64,000 nt of DNA from Terracidiphilus sp. (GCA_035549115.1 DASZRQ010000143.1:16641-80640); one strand, 5' to 3'. Shown: positions 25,053-35,274, numbered from the stretch's first letter. The notes: generated by a model not told the origin, from the sequence alone. Numbers and translations: made by a program.

Positions 25053-26990
25053 TCAGCGCTTCTTCTTGGCCTTGCCTGCTGGTTTCTTCGCCGCGGGCTT
25101 TGCCGGTTTGGCTGCCTTCTTGGCCGGCTTCGGCACTGGCTTCTTCTTCGCAGGCGGCTTGGGTGCTGGCTTGGCCTTCGGCGCGGGTTTCGCCGGAGCC
25201 TTTGCCGCCGCCTTTTTCGCTGCCGGCTTGGCAGGTGCGGCCTTCTTCACCGGCGCCGCCTTTTTCGCAGCCGGCTTCACCGGCGTCTTCACTGCGGGCT
25301 TGGGTTCCGGCTTGGCAGGAGCTTTCGCCGCGGGAGCCGCCTTCTTCGGTTCCTTGGCTGCCGGGGTTGTGGCTGCAGGGGCCGCGGCCGGCGGAGCTGC
25401 TTTCGCCGCGGCCTTCGGCGCGGGAGCAGCAGTCTTCGCGGGAGCCTTGGACGCAGCTTCCTTCTTGCCGCGTTTGGCCGGGGCAGGCGCTTCTTCCTCG
25501 TCTTCGCCCTCGTCCGCCTCTTCCTCGTCGGCGCCCTCATCGTCCAGACCATCCTTGGGCAGTCCGAGGTCCATCTCTTCGTCGTCGCCGCCCATGTCGT
25601 CCAGGTCGGCATCGCCCGCGTCCTCCGGCTCATCCTCGTCGTCGAACGAGCGCTCCTTGATCTTCTCCACGCTCCGCTTGGCCCGCGAGCGCTTGATGGT
25701 GATCTGCGGAGGCGGCGCGGGCGGCGAGAACGGCTCCAGAAACGCCTTCATCTCTTCCGGCGTCGTCAGTTTGCCGTCGATCAACTGCAAAAAGAGCTGG
25801 TGCAGCAGATCGTTATAGGTGGGCAGCTCCGGCGTAATCCGCATCTCCTGCATCAGGGCATGCGGAATCTTCTGCTTCGCCTCCGGCCACACCTTCAGGA
25901 ACTGCTCATAGCGGTCCTTCACGGTCGCCGCATTGCTGGTAAAGCCCAGCCACAGAACCGCTTCCGGATCATAGCTGGTGAAGAGCTTGAAGCTGGCCGA
26001 AGGCACCTGATTCTCCTTCGCCAGCAGCACCTTCTGGAAGCTCGACGCAATCGCATCCAGGCTGTTCCACTCCTCCACAAACCCCGGACGCACCAGCGCC
26101 TTCTTGAGCGCGGTCAGGTCCTTGGGCGCCAGCTTCGCTGTCAACAGTTGCATCTGCGCCGCGGACATGTCCGGATGCACGCCCTGCATTAGCAGCTCGA
26201 CGGCAAGATCGTGCAAAGCCTTGAGCTTGTTCTCGTCCGCCTTGGCTGAGGTCCATGCCGGGAACATCACCTTCATCCAGCCATCGGCCTCCAGCGCGCG
26301 CAGCACCTTCAGGCCGTCGTCCTCATGGCCAATCTGCTCCAGCTCGTAGCTGCGCTCATGCGCGGAGAGAGCCGAAATCACGCCCTCCTCGCGGGCATTG
26401 TCATACCGCGTCTGCGTGCGCGGATCGAGGTCCCAGCCCAGGCGCGCCTTGTAGCGGGTCGCGCGAATCAGCAGCGCCGGCTCTTCCAGAAATCCGTAGT
26501 TCGAAACCAGCCGCAGGGTGCGCGCCTCAATATCGGCCGCGCCGTTCAGCGGGTCCATCAGCAGCCCATACGATCCCTCGTTGAGCGAGATGGCCATTGC
26601 GTTCGCGGTAAAGTCGCGGCGGCGCAGGTCCTCCTGAATCGAAGCGGGATGGTAGACCGGCTTACCCGGCTTGGGATACTCGGTACGGTGCGTGCTGACC
26701 AGGTCCACCCGGACCGTGCCCGGAAAGCAGAGATACAGCGTGTGCGAAGCCTCGTCCTCACCCCAGACCTTGCCTCCGGCGCGCTCCACCGGCTTCTTGA
26801 GTTTGAGCGCGTTGCCATGGACGGCAACTTCGAGGTCGCGGACAGCATGGCCGCTGGTCAGGTCGCGGACGGCATCGCCGGTGAGAAACAGGATGATTCC
26901 GGCATCGCGGGCCACGTCGCGGAGCTGGCGCAGGGCATGTTGCTGGTCGGCAGACAGCCGGTTCTCAAGAAGGTAAATGTAGTCGGGCAT
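25053..26990 (-). CDS. CCA/poly(A)-polymerase-like nucleotidyltransferase with acidic segment and Lys/Ala/Pro-rich C-terminal tail
   Basis: TGDAVRD...RDLEV, EDLRRRDFTANAMA, LMDPLNG..DI, FLEEPALLIRATRY; start re-picked at ATG 26990. Confidence 0.85.
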   Translation of the reverse strand: MPDYIYLLENRLSADQQHALRQLRDVARDAGIILFLTGDAVRDLTSGHAVRDLEVAVHGNALKLKKPVERAGGKVWGEDEASHTLYLCFPGTVRVDLVSTHRTEYPKPGKPVYHPASIQEDLRRRDFTANAMAISLNEGSYGLLMDPLNGAADIEARTLRLVSNYGFLEEPALLIRATRYKARLGWDLDPRTQTRYDNAREEGVISALSAHERSYELEQIGHEDDGLKVLRALEADGWMKVMFPAWTSAKADENKLKALHDLAVELLMQGVHPDMSAAQMQLLTAKLAPKDLTALKKALVRPGFVEEWNSLDAIASSFQKVLLAKENQVPSASFKLFTSYDPEAVLWLGFTSNAATVKDRYEQFLKVWPEAKQKIPHALMQEMRITPELPTYNDLLHQLFLQLIDGKLTTPEEMKAFLEPFSPPAPPPQITIKRSRAKRSVEKIKERSFDDEDEPEDAGDADLDDMGGDDEEMDLGLPKDGLDDEGADEEEADEGEDEEEAPAPAKRGKKEAASKAPAKTAAPAPKAAAKAAPPAAAPAATTPAAKEPKKAAPAAKAPAKPEPKPAVKTPVKPAAKKAAPVKKAAPAKPAAKKAAAKAPAKPAPKAKPAPKPPAKKKPVPKPAKKAAKPAKPAAKKPAGKAKKKR

Positions 26991-27178
26991 CGGTCCCCTG
27001 CTCCCATCGTCCTCTAACCGCCCCAAGTCGCTGATGTGCTTACGCTTAGGCTGCTTGCAGGCAGAGGTTGCAAACCAGTACCTTAACATAATTTCAATAG
27101 GTTGGCTAGAGCGGACTGCACCGGAAATGCTGCTTTTGCCCTCGCGTCCGCCGCCCCGCCGTGCGACAATCCCAACCA

Positions 27179-27679
27179 ATGGCCTCTTCGCGTAAACCCG
27201 TGATTGTGCGGAAGTTCAGCCGCGACTGGGTGGCTGGCTATGCCGGGGCTGCCATTGACCCGAAGGCAACGGCCCTTGAAATCCTCGATCCCGGCGGCAA
27301 GGTCGTCGCCATCCCCTGGGATGCCATTAAGTGGATGTGTTATGTGCGGGATATCCCCGCCGGCGAACAGAACAATCCAGAACGCCTTCTGCAAAAACGT
27401 TTTACCGTGCGCCCCCGCGCCGCCGGCCTCTGGCTGCGCATGACCCTCGCCGACGGCGACGAACTGGAAGGCCTCGCCGCCAACGACCGCTCCCTCATCG
27501 ACGGCGCTGGCCTCCTGCTCACCCCGCCCGACACCCGCTCCAATACCCAGCGCATCTATGTGCCCCGGCAGGCCATCCAGATCCTTGAGGTCGTCAGCCT
27601 CATCGGCGCTGCCGCCCGCAAGCGCGCCGCATCCACGCCTCAGCCAGAACTCTTCCCCCAGGAGCAGGAACCCGAGTAG
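27179..27679 (+). CDS. Conserved hypothetical cytoplasmic protein (DUF6982-like, from memory)
   Basis: ATG 27179 after TGnGACAAT; GC3-rich; PRAAGLWLRMTLADGDELEG, PPDTRSNTQRIYVP; directly upstream of lpxD. Confidence 0.7.
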   Translation: MASSRKPVIVRKFSRDWVAGYAGAAIDPKATALEILDPGGKVVAIPWDAIKWMCYVRDIPAGEQNNPERLLQKRFTVRPRAAGLWLRMTLADGDELEGLAANDRSLIDGAGLLLTPPDTRSNTQRIYVPRQAIQILEVVSLIGAAARKRAASTPQPELFPQEQEPE

Positions 27680-27702
27680 CCGGGTCCGGTACAATGCCTT
27701 CG

Positions 27703-28740
27703 ATGAAACTTGGCGAGCTGGCAAGCCGGTTAGGCGCGGAGCTGCGCGGCGACGCGGAGCTGGAAATTACTGGTGTCAAAGGGATTGAGGAAGCCGGACC
27801 CACCGAGATCACCTTCGTCGCCAACCCCAGATACTGCGGCCTGGCCAGAACCACCCATGCCGCGGCGGTCGTCGTCGAGCCCGAGTTCCCTGAACTCTCC
27901 GCCGCCACCCTGCGCATCAAGAACCCCTACCACGCCTTCTCCCGCGCCCTCGGCATCTTCTACCAGCCGCCGGCCTATCCCCCCGGCATTCACTCCACTG
28001 CAGTCATCGATCCCACCGCGGAGATCGGCACAGGGGCGCACATCGGCGCTTACGTCGTCGTCGGTCCCGGAGTCAAGCTCGGCCCGCATGCCACCCTGCT
28101 GCCTCATGTCGTTCTCTACCCCGGCATGCAGGCTGGCAGCCATCTCTTCGCCCATGCCCATGCCGTCGTCCGCGAGGACTGCATCCTGGGCGACCACGTC
28201 ACCCTGGAAAACGGCGCCATCGTCGGCGCGGATGGCTTCGGCTTCTCCAAGGACGAGCACGGCCACTGGACCAAGATTCCCCAGTCCGGTCCGGTGCGCC
28301 TCGGCGACCGCGTCGACGTGCAGGCCAATGCCTGCGTGGACCGCGCCACCATCGGAGCCACGGAGATCGGCGCGGGCACCAAGATCGACAACCTCGTTCA
28401 GGTCGGCCACGGCTCCAGGGTCGGCGAGAACACGCTGCTCTGCGCCCAGACCGGCCTCGCAGGCTCATCGGTGGTCGGCAACAACGTCATCCTTGCCGGG
28501 CAAACAGGCATCGCCGGCCACTGTACCGTGGGCGATGGCGTCATACTCACCGCGCAATCCGCCGTGAGCCACGACGTGCCGCCCGGCAAGATGATCTCCG
28601 GCTCGCCCGGCTTCGACAACCGCATCTGGCTGCGCGCCGTCGCGCTCTTCCAGCGCCTGCCGGAGCTCGCCCGTCGTCTCGACCGCGTCGAAAAAGCCGT
28701 CGCCAAAACCGCCACAACCGAAGATGGAGAGCGCGCATGA
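27703..28740 (+). CDS. lpxD: UDP-3-O-(3-hydroxyacyl)glucosamine N-acyltransferase
   Basis: ITFVANPRY, hexapeptide repeats, IVGADGFGF, KIPQSG, KIDNLVQVGH, QTGLAGS. Confidence 0.97.
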   Translation: MKLGELASRLGAELRGDAELEITGVKGIEEAGPTEITFVANPRYCGLARTTHAAAVVVEPEFPELSAATLRIKNPYHAFSRALGIFYQPPAYPPGIHSTAVIDPTAEIGTGAHIGAYVVVGPGVKLGPHATLLPHVVLYPGMQAGSHLFAHAHAVVREDCILGDHVTLENGAIVGADGFGFSKDEHGHWTKIPQSGPVRLGDRVDVQANACVDRATIGATEIGAGTKIDNLVQVGHGSRVGENTLLCAQTGLAGSSVVGNNVILAGQTGIAGHCTVGDGVILTAQSAVSHDVPPGKMISGSPGFDNRIWLRAVALFQRLPELARRLDRVEKAVAKTATTEDGERA

Positions 28741-29102
28741 TCCGCCGTTCCGTTGCTGTTGTTTCCCTCGCCGCGCTCGCCTTCCTTGCCGCTGGCTGCC
28801 GCTCCTATCGCATCGATGCCACCGTCGAAAACCGCAGCGGAGCGCCCGTCGATCTGCTCGAAGTCGACTACCCCAGCGCCAGCTTCGGTGAGGACCGCCT
28901 TGCCGATGGCGCCGACTACCACTACCGCTTTGAAGTACGCGACAGCGGCCCGGTCAAGGTGCAGTACACCGAGCACGCCACCCACATCCAGCGTCAGGCT
29001 ACCGGCCCCGAACTTCAGGAAAAACAAGTCGGCCAGTTGGAAATCGTCCTCCTGCCCGGCGGCGTCATCCAGTTCCATCCCCAGCTCAGCGGACCGTCCT
29101 AG
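28737..29102 (+). CDS. Hypothetical lipoprotein
   Basis: Lipobox LAAGC; ATGA overlap with lpxD. Confidence 0.75.
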   Translation: MIRRSVAVVSLAALAFLAAGCRSYRIDATVENRSGAPVDLLEVDYPSASFGEDRLADGADYHYRFEVRDSGPVKVQYTEHATHIQRQATGPELQEKQVGQLEIVLLPGGVIQFHPQLSGPS

Positions 29103-29232
29103 ATTTACCCCATCCGGACAAGAAATCTCCTCTCTGCGCTATTCCTCCGCCCAATCTCTCCGATAAGGCCATCAGGAGTGTGTTGTGCGCGGGGGAAGTT
29201 CGCCGACTGCCAGATTGTGCCGGCCTCCGTGG

Positions 29233-31041
29233 ATGCGAAGGTGCTGCGCATGCGTGCGTCTTGGCGCATGCTTTGGTCTCATCGCGCTCTCCATCATCTT
29301 CGTCGATACGTTGATCCGCAGCGAAAAGGGCGTGAACCTCATCTGGTTCGCGAACGCGATGCTGCTCTCCTATCTGCTGCTCGCACCCCGCTGGCGCTGG
29401 TCGGCCTATGTCGTCACGGCCTTCCTCGCGCTCGTCGTGGGCAGCGCCCTCGTTCATGAGGCATGGCGTCTCAACCTGCTTTACAACATCCTCGACATTG
29501 CCGAGGCTCTCGGCGCGGCTCTGCTGCTGCGCCGCCGCTCCATGCGACTTCCCCACTTCACCAGGCCGCGTTACCTGCTCCAGTTCATCGCCGCCGCCGT
29601 GCTGCTCATGCCCCTCCTGTCCGGGGCTGTGTGCGCCCTGATCGGCGCGCTCTGGCTCAGGCTTCCGCCGGCGCATGTGTTCCTTTACTGGTTCGTCTCA
29701 GACAGCCTGGGCATGGCCGTCATTACGCCGACCTTCGTCGCCATCCTGCGCGCGCGCCTCCGCGGCAAAATGCACTGGCGTCGCGACAGTGCTTATCTCC
29801 TTCTTCTCGGAGCCGTCACTGCCGGAGCCTTCCTCAAGGACGGCGTGCTGCTCATCTTTCTCGTCTACCCGCTGCTTGTGGTCGCCGTGCTGCGCATGGA
29901 TCGCGGCTGGGGCGCAGTCTGCGCCGCGCTGGTCGCGGTCGAGGCCTGCGCCTTCACCGTAAGCGGCATGGGGCCTTTCGCTCTCTCGCCCAACCCCAGC
30001 ATCATGCTCCAGGTCTTCATCGCCGCGGCGGTCATGATGGTCTATGCCACCTCGGCCATCACCGACGATCTGCGCGCCACCCACCGCCGCCTGAAAGAGA
30101 TCGCCGCGCTGCATGAGCTGGTCACCGAGAACTCCCGTGACGTAATCATCCTCGCCGACTTCAACGGCAAGCGGAACTACGTCTCCGCGGCTGCGGCGGA
30201 GTGGGGCGGCTGGGATCGAGAAGACCTGCTCGGCCATCACGGCATGGACATCATTCACCCGGCCGACAAGGCAAAGGCCGAGGCCCTGATTCAGGAAGTG
30301 CGCGCTGGCGGCAGCGGCGGCCTGCTCGAGTGCCGCGTGCAGAAAAAGGATGGCGAATACATCTGGGTCGAAGCCAACATTCGCCCCGTGCGTGATCCCG
30401 TCACCGGCGTCGTCACCGGCGTGCTCAACATGGTGCGCGATGTCGCCAAGCGCAAGGCTGCCGAGCAGGAGCTGCGCAACGCCTATCGTGCGCTGGAAGC
30501 GCTCGCCGTAACCGACGGCCTGACCCACCTGGCCAATCGCCGCCACTTCGACCAGTGCCTCATGAACGAATGGCGTCGTTGCCTGCGCGAGCAGTTGCCT
30601 CTCTCGCTCCTGCTCATCGACGTGGATCTCTTCAAGCTCTACAACGACACCTACGGCCACCTGCGCGGGGATAGTTGCCTCAAGGAGGTGGCGAGTGCAA
30701 CGCAGGAAGCCGTCACCCGTCCCAACGACCTGGTAGCCCGCTTCGGCGGCGAGGAGTTCGCCGTGCTCCTGCCCAACACATCGAATGAAGGCGCATTGCA
30801 GGTGGCTGAGCACGTCTGCGCTTCCATCCGCGGCCGGAGCATCGTGCACAGCGGCAATCCGCCGGGCTATGTCACCGTCTCGGTCGGCTGCGCCACCATG
30901 GTGCCTGCGCCGGCGCGTCACTCCGCGGCGCTCATTCAGAAAGCCGACGACGCCCTCTACGCCGCCAAGCGCGCCGGGCGCAACCGTGTTGCCAATGCGC
31001 GCCCTGTCCCTGACGACGCGCGGCTCTTTCAGGCAAGTTGA
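29233..31041 (+). CDS. Diguanylate cyclase (MASE1-PAS-GGDEF)
   Basis: TM MASE1 region (IWFANAMLLSYLL, YWFVSDSLG), PAS (IIHPAD, YIWVE), DGLTHLANRR, RPND I-site and RFGGEEF. Start uncertain. Confidence 0.92.
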   Translation: MRRCCACVRLGACFGLIALSIIFVDTLIRSEKGVNLIWFANAMLLSYLLLAPRWRWSAYVVTAFLALVVGSALVHEAWRLNLLYNILDIAEALGAALLLRRRSMRLPHFTRPRYLLQFIAAAVLLMPLLSGAVCALIGALWLRLPPAHVFLYWFVSDSLGMAVITPTFVAILRARLRGKMHWRRDSAYLLLLGAVTAGAFLKDGVLLIFLVYPLLVVAVLRMDRGWGAVCAALVAVEACAFTVSGMGPFALSPNPSIMLQVFIAAAVMMVYATSAITDDLRATHRRLKEIAALHELVTENSRDVIILADFNGKRNYVSAAAAEWGGWDREDLLGHHGMDIIHPADKAKAEALIQEVRAGGSGGLLECRVQKKDGEYIWVEANIRPVRDPVTGVVTGVLNMVRDVAKRKAAEQELRNAYRALEALAVTDGLTHLANRRHFDQCLMNEWRRCLREQLPLSLLLIDVDLFKLYNDTYGHLRGDSCLKEVASATQEAVTRPNDLVARFGGEEFAVLLPNTSNEGALQVAEHVCASIRGRSIVHSGNPPGYVTVSVGCATMVPAPARHSAALIQKADDALYAAKRAGRNRVANARPVPDDARLFQAS

Positions 31042-31067
31042 GAAGGAGATGAATCGGGGAAGTGCGC

Positions 31068-31098
31068 GGCGCGGGCTTGCCCCGCGCCTTTCTGCTTT
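31068..31098 (+). terminator. Intrinsic terminator
   Basis: GGCGCGGG-cttgc-CCCGCGCC stem followed by TTTCTGCTTT, downstream of the GGDEF gene. Confidence 0.75.
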
Positions 31099-32056
31099 AG
31101 CGCACCATGCTCTGGAAGAGCGTGGACTTGAGCAGGGTGTTGAACTCCGAGTCAGACGTGGCAAAGTGCACGCTGAGCAGGCCGGAGCTCGACGAGATAT
31201 CCGTCGCCGCCAGCGCTGCCTTCTCCGAGTCGGAGCCGCTCATCTTGCGGTACAGCACCGCCGCGTTCAGCAGCGACGAAACCGTGGCCGCGGCAAACGA
31301 GTCGCCGGTGGAGATCGTCAGGTCGAAGCGCACGCCGTGCTGAAAGTTCATCGTGTACCACGAGGCCACCAGCCGCTTGCGCACTGAGTCGTAGTCGGCC
31401 ACCGAGCCCGCTTCGCCCAGAATCTGCCGCATCATCGTCTGCGTGCCCTTCTGGTCGAGAATGCTCCACAGCGGCTCCGAGTCCACCGTGTTCATGGCAT
31501 CCATCATGGGCCCGTTGGTCAAAAAGCCCTGCGCCAGCCCATCCCGCACATCCAGCGCCTGCTTCACGGCCGCTGAGCTGCCAAACACCATCGTCGAGGG
31601 ATCGACAAAAGTCAGCACCATGCCGGTGCGGCCCATGGGATAGATGCGGTTGCTGCGCAGCAGCTTGGGCCGGATGTGCTGCTTGCGGAAGCTGGCCATC
31701 AGGCCGTCGATATCGAACTGTCCCTGGGCAATGCCCACGGTCTCAAGCTGATCCTGCGAGCCGGGAACGCGGTACAGCGCAAACGCCAGGCTGTCCACGT
31801 CGTGATTGTCGTTGATGCCGGACTTGCGCAGCGCATCGTCGAACTGCTTCAGGTCGGGCGGCATCACCCGGTCGCGCAGTTGCATCGCCGCGTCCGAGTT
31901 CTGCATGGCCCGGTAGTCCACCACCACAAGCTGCTGCACATCGTGCGGAATGGCCGCGCGAGCATCGCCGGACAACTGCGCCGCCTGCACCGGCAGCGCC
32001 ATGCCGATCACGCCGGCAAAGGCCGAAAGCCGAAGAATCATGCGTACCAAGAGCAT
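31097..32056 (-). CDS. Secreted hypothetical protein
   Basis: Signal peptide ending PVQA; typical codon usage; no motif recognised. Start 32056 or 32041. Confidence 0.75.
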   Translation of the reverse strand: MLLVRMILRLSAFAGVIGMALPVQAAQLSGDARAAIPHDVQQLVVVDYRAMQNSDAAMQLRDRVMPPDLKQFDDALRKSGINDNHDVDSLAFALYRVPGSQDQLETVGIAQGQFDIDGLMASFRKQHIRPKLLRSNRIYPMGRTGMVLTFVDPSTMVFGSSAAVKQALDVRDGLAQGFLTNGPMMDAMNTVDSEPLWSILDQKGTQTMMRQILGEAGSVADYDSVRKRLVASWYTMNFQHGVRFDLTISTGDSFAAATVSSLLNAAVLYRKMSGSDSEKAALAATDISSSSGLLSVHFATSDSEFNTLLKSTLFQSMVR

Positions 32057-32203
32057 CCTCCGGGAATGCGCCGCGCAGTCTGCTCCCGCATGCATTGGTA
32101 AAGGACGGGGGAGAAACCACAATGGAAGCAGACACATTCCTGCATTGATATTGTACGTCGCCGGAAATTTATCCGGAACATGCTGCCTGTCGGGGAGACG
32201 TTA

Positions 32204-33127
32204 CTATTCTCCGGGCCAGGCAAGCGGGGCCTTCAGCCGGTCTTCAAGAATCTTCGCGACCGGGTCGAACCCAGTTAATTGACGCATCCACTCGCTCTCG
32301 CGCTCGCAGGCCGCCTCCGGCACCAGGCCGATGATCTCGCCCGCCACCGGAGCCACCTTGTGCCGCAGCGCCAGCCGCGAGATGGTGCTGTACACCTGCG
32401 ACACCGGCGTAACCTCGAAATCGGTGATGTTCATCGTGAGCTGCGCCCGCTCATGCGCCACCACTCCCAGCGCCTTTACGCCCTTCAGCCCGCCGGAGGC
32501 CGCGCGAATCTCCCGCGCGATGGCGCGCACCACCGCCACATCCGCCGTATCGAAGTAGATGTTGTACGCCACCAGAAACTTGCGCGCGCCCACGGCGCAG
32601 GCCCCGGCTGTCGGATGCAGCGCCGGCCCGCCCAGGTCCGGCCGCCGCGCCGCTTCCTTGCGCACCGCGTCGCGCAGTCCCTCGAACTGCCCGCGCCGCA
32701 CGTCTTCCAGGTTCACCCGGTCCGGCCGCGCCGCCGCCGCCTCGTAGAAATACACCGGCACGCCGTGCCGCTGCCAGATCTCCGCGCCCGCCTGCCGCGC
32801 CAGCATCACGCAGTGCTCCAGCTTCATGCCGGAGATGGGCACAAACGGAATCACATCCGCCGCGCCGATCCTCGGATGCACGCCCTCTTGCCGTGTCAGG
32901 TCGATCAGCTCCGCGGCCTTGCCCGCGCCGCGCACTGCCGACTCCACCACGGCGGCGGGAGGTCCTGCCACCGTTACCACCGAGCGGTTATGGTCCGCGT
33001 CCATCGACCAGTCCAGCAGGCGCACGCCTTCCACGCGCATCGCGGCCACAATGGCCTCGACCCGCTTGGCGTCTTTTCCCTCCGAAAAGTTCGGAACGCA
33101 CTCGACGATCTGGGTCTTGCCGGTCAT
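32204..33127 (-). CDS. ftcD: Glutamate formiminotransferase (stand-alone, no cyclodeaminase domain)
   Basis: IVECVPNFSEG, DADHNRSVVT, GVHPRIGAADVIPFVP, VPVYFYE, GARKFLVAYN. Confidence 0.93.
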   Translation of the reverse strand: MTGKTQIVECVPNFSEGKDAKRVEAIVAAMRVEGVRLLDWSMDADHNRSVVTVAGPPAAVVESAVRGAGKAAELIDLTRQEGVHPRIGAADVIPFVPISGMKLEHCVMLARQAGAEIWQRHGVPVYFYEAAAARPDRVNLEDVRRGQFEGLRDAVRKEAARRPDLGGPALHPTAGACAVGARKFLVAYNIYFDTADVAVVRAIAREIRAASGGLKGVKALGVVAHERAQLTMNITDFEVTPVSQVYSTISRLALRHKVAPVAGEIIGLVPEAACERESEWMRQLTGFDPVAKILEDRLKAPLAWPGE

Positions 33128-33867
33128 TTCCAGAAGGTGTATCCCGCCTGAATCTGAATGCTGGCGTTCACGCCGGGATTGCGGTCGCCCAATGAGGCCG
33201 AGGAGATGTGCACCGCATTCACGCCGAGATCGATGGACCGGCCCTGCCGCAGAAAGTAGTGGATGCCGAAACCGCCCTGCGGCGCAAAGTTCCACACCGA
33301 GGTTCCGCCCGGCGTTCCCTGCTGCACCAGCACATCCGGCGGAAACTTGTGCGTGGTGTAGATGAGCCCGCCCGCGGCCTGAAACCACGGCTGAATGTGG
33401 CGCGACCTGGTCAGGAAGTTCCAGCGGAAGATGACCGGCGTCAGGCTCAGGCCGGTAAAGGTGCCGCCGCCCACAGGCGCGGTGTACACATCGCCGCCGT
33501 ACTCAAACGTCTGGATATGCGGCGCGGGCGTATAAGCCTGCCAGAAAGGAATGATGTTGCCGCCAAACTCAAACTGCCCGCTGAACAGGCCTGCGCGCAC
33601 CACCGGCGTAATCACCTTGCCGAGTTGCGCTCCCGCGAAGAAGAACTTGAAATCCGAGCGGTCGCCCACGCCCGTGCCCCAGTTGGCAAACGGGCCATAC
33701 TCCCAACTACGATGATTGCGCACCTGAGCGACGGGATTCTCCGTCATGTCGCCCTTCATCGCCATCATCGCCGATGCGCTGCTGTCCCCGCTCTGGGCGG
33801 GCTCCTGCGCCGCTGCGGCCATGCAGCCTGCCAGCAAAATCACACAAAGCTTTACGCTCAATCTCAC
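33124..33867 (-). CDS. Acyloxyacyl hydrolase / PagL-like lipid A deacylase (OM beta-barrel)
   Basis: Signal peptide from GTG 33867; PWFQAAGG, WNFAPQGGFG, HISSASLGDRNPGVN, C-terminal YTFWK. Confidence 0.8.
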   Translation of the reverse strand: MRLSVKLCVILLAGCMAAAAQEPAQSGDSSASAMMAMKGDMTENPVAQVRNHRSWEYGPFANWGTGVGDRSDFKFFFAGAQLGKVITPVVRAGLFSGQFEFGGNIIPFWQAYTPAPHIQTFEYGGDVYTAPVGGGTFTGLSLTPVIFRWNFLTRSRHIQPWFQAAGGLIYTTHKFPPDVLVQQGTPGGTSVWNFAPQGGFGIHYFLRQGRSIDLGVNAVHISSASLGDRNPGVNASIQIQAGYTFWK

Positions 33868-33885
33868 CTTTTTCCTTCTCCCCTT

Positions 33886-33915
33886 CAAAAAGCAGGCCGC
33901 CACATCCGGGCGGCC
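33886..33915 (-). terminator. Intrinsic terminator after yebC
   Basis: GGCCGCC (33895-33901) / GGCGGCC (33909-33915) stem followed on the minus strand by TGCTTTTT. Confidence 0.65.
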
Positions 33916-33941
33916 TTGCGGTTCTCGTTGATGAAATCGGT

Positions 33942-34688
<747 letters not shown>

Positions 34689-34739
34689 GGAAACCTCAGT
34701 AAACGAAAAATGCGGGCCGCTGGCGCAGCCGACCTTGTG

Positions 34740-34748
34740 AGTATAGCA
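34740..34748 (-). promoter_or_regulatory. Extended -10 promoter element of yebC
   Basis: Minus strand TGCTATACT (TGn-TANNNT) about 50 nt upstream of the ATG. Confidence 0.6.
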
Positions 34749-34959
34749 CCGGCCAAGGACCGCCTTCACCGGCAGTGTGATGCCCGCGGGCGCTCCAGCC
34801 GCCAAAATCCGCCCGTCTCCGAAGATGTTGAAGTACTGGCACTTGAATCATCCATCAGCCGCGCGGCGCAGACAGAGGCAGAGAGAGATTGATTGCCGGG
34901 GCGCCCATCCTGCAACGGCTGCAATCGAGCCCCGTGCTGGAATCCCGGCCAATTTCAGA

Positions 34960-34976
34960 GTAGGATTAAATCCTAC
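34960..34976. promoter_or_regulatory. Palindromic operator of the TA operon
   Basis: Perfect GTAGGATT-A-AATCCTAC, containing a -10-like TAGGAT, 22 nt before the antitoxin ATG. Confidence 0.75.
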
Positions 34977-34998
34977 AAAGTATCCACGGAGGAAACCC

Positions 34999-35274
34999 AT
35001 GCGCTCCACCCAGCAACTCAGCATCACGCTGCCCAGGGAGATGGCCGAGCAGGTGCGCGCCAGGGTGGCCGCCGGCGAATACACCACCGAAAGTGAGGTC
35101 ATCCGCGATGGCCTGCGCGTCCTGATGGCCCGCGACCGCGCTGTGGAGAGCTGGCTGCGCGAAAAGGTCGCGCCCGCCTACGACACGCTCAAAAGCAATC
35201 CCTCCCGCGTGCTGAAAGCCCGCCAGATACGCGAGAAGCTCGCGGCAGAGCAGACTGCCGCCGCGAAGCGCTGA
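34999..35274 (+). CDS. Type II antitoxin, ParD-like ribbon-helix-helix
   Basis: LSITLPREMAEQVRARVAAGEYTTESEVIRDGLR; GGAGG SD; TGATG coupling to the toxin. Confidence 0.92.
   Translation: MRSTQQLSITLPREMAEQVRARVAAGEYTTESEVIRDGLRVLMARDRAVESWLREKVAPAYDTLKSNPSRVLKARQIREKLAAEQTAAAKR

Noticed and set aside
25053-25500. CRISPR-like or satellite repeat suggested by repetitive DNA
   Set aside because: The repeats are degenerate codon-level repeats of a PAKK-rich protein tail, with no constant repeat-spacer period and no cas genes.
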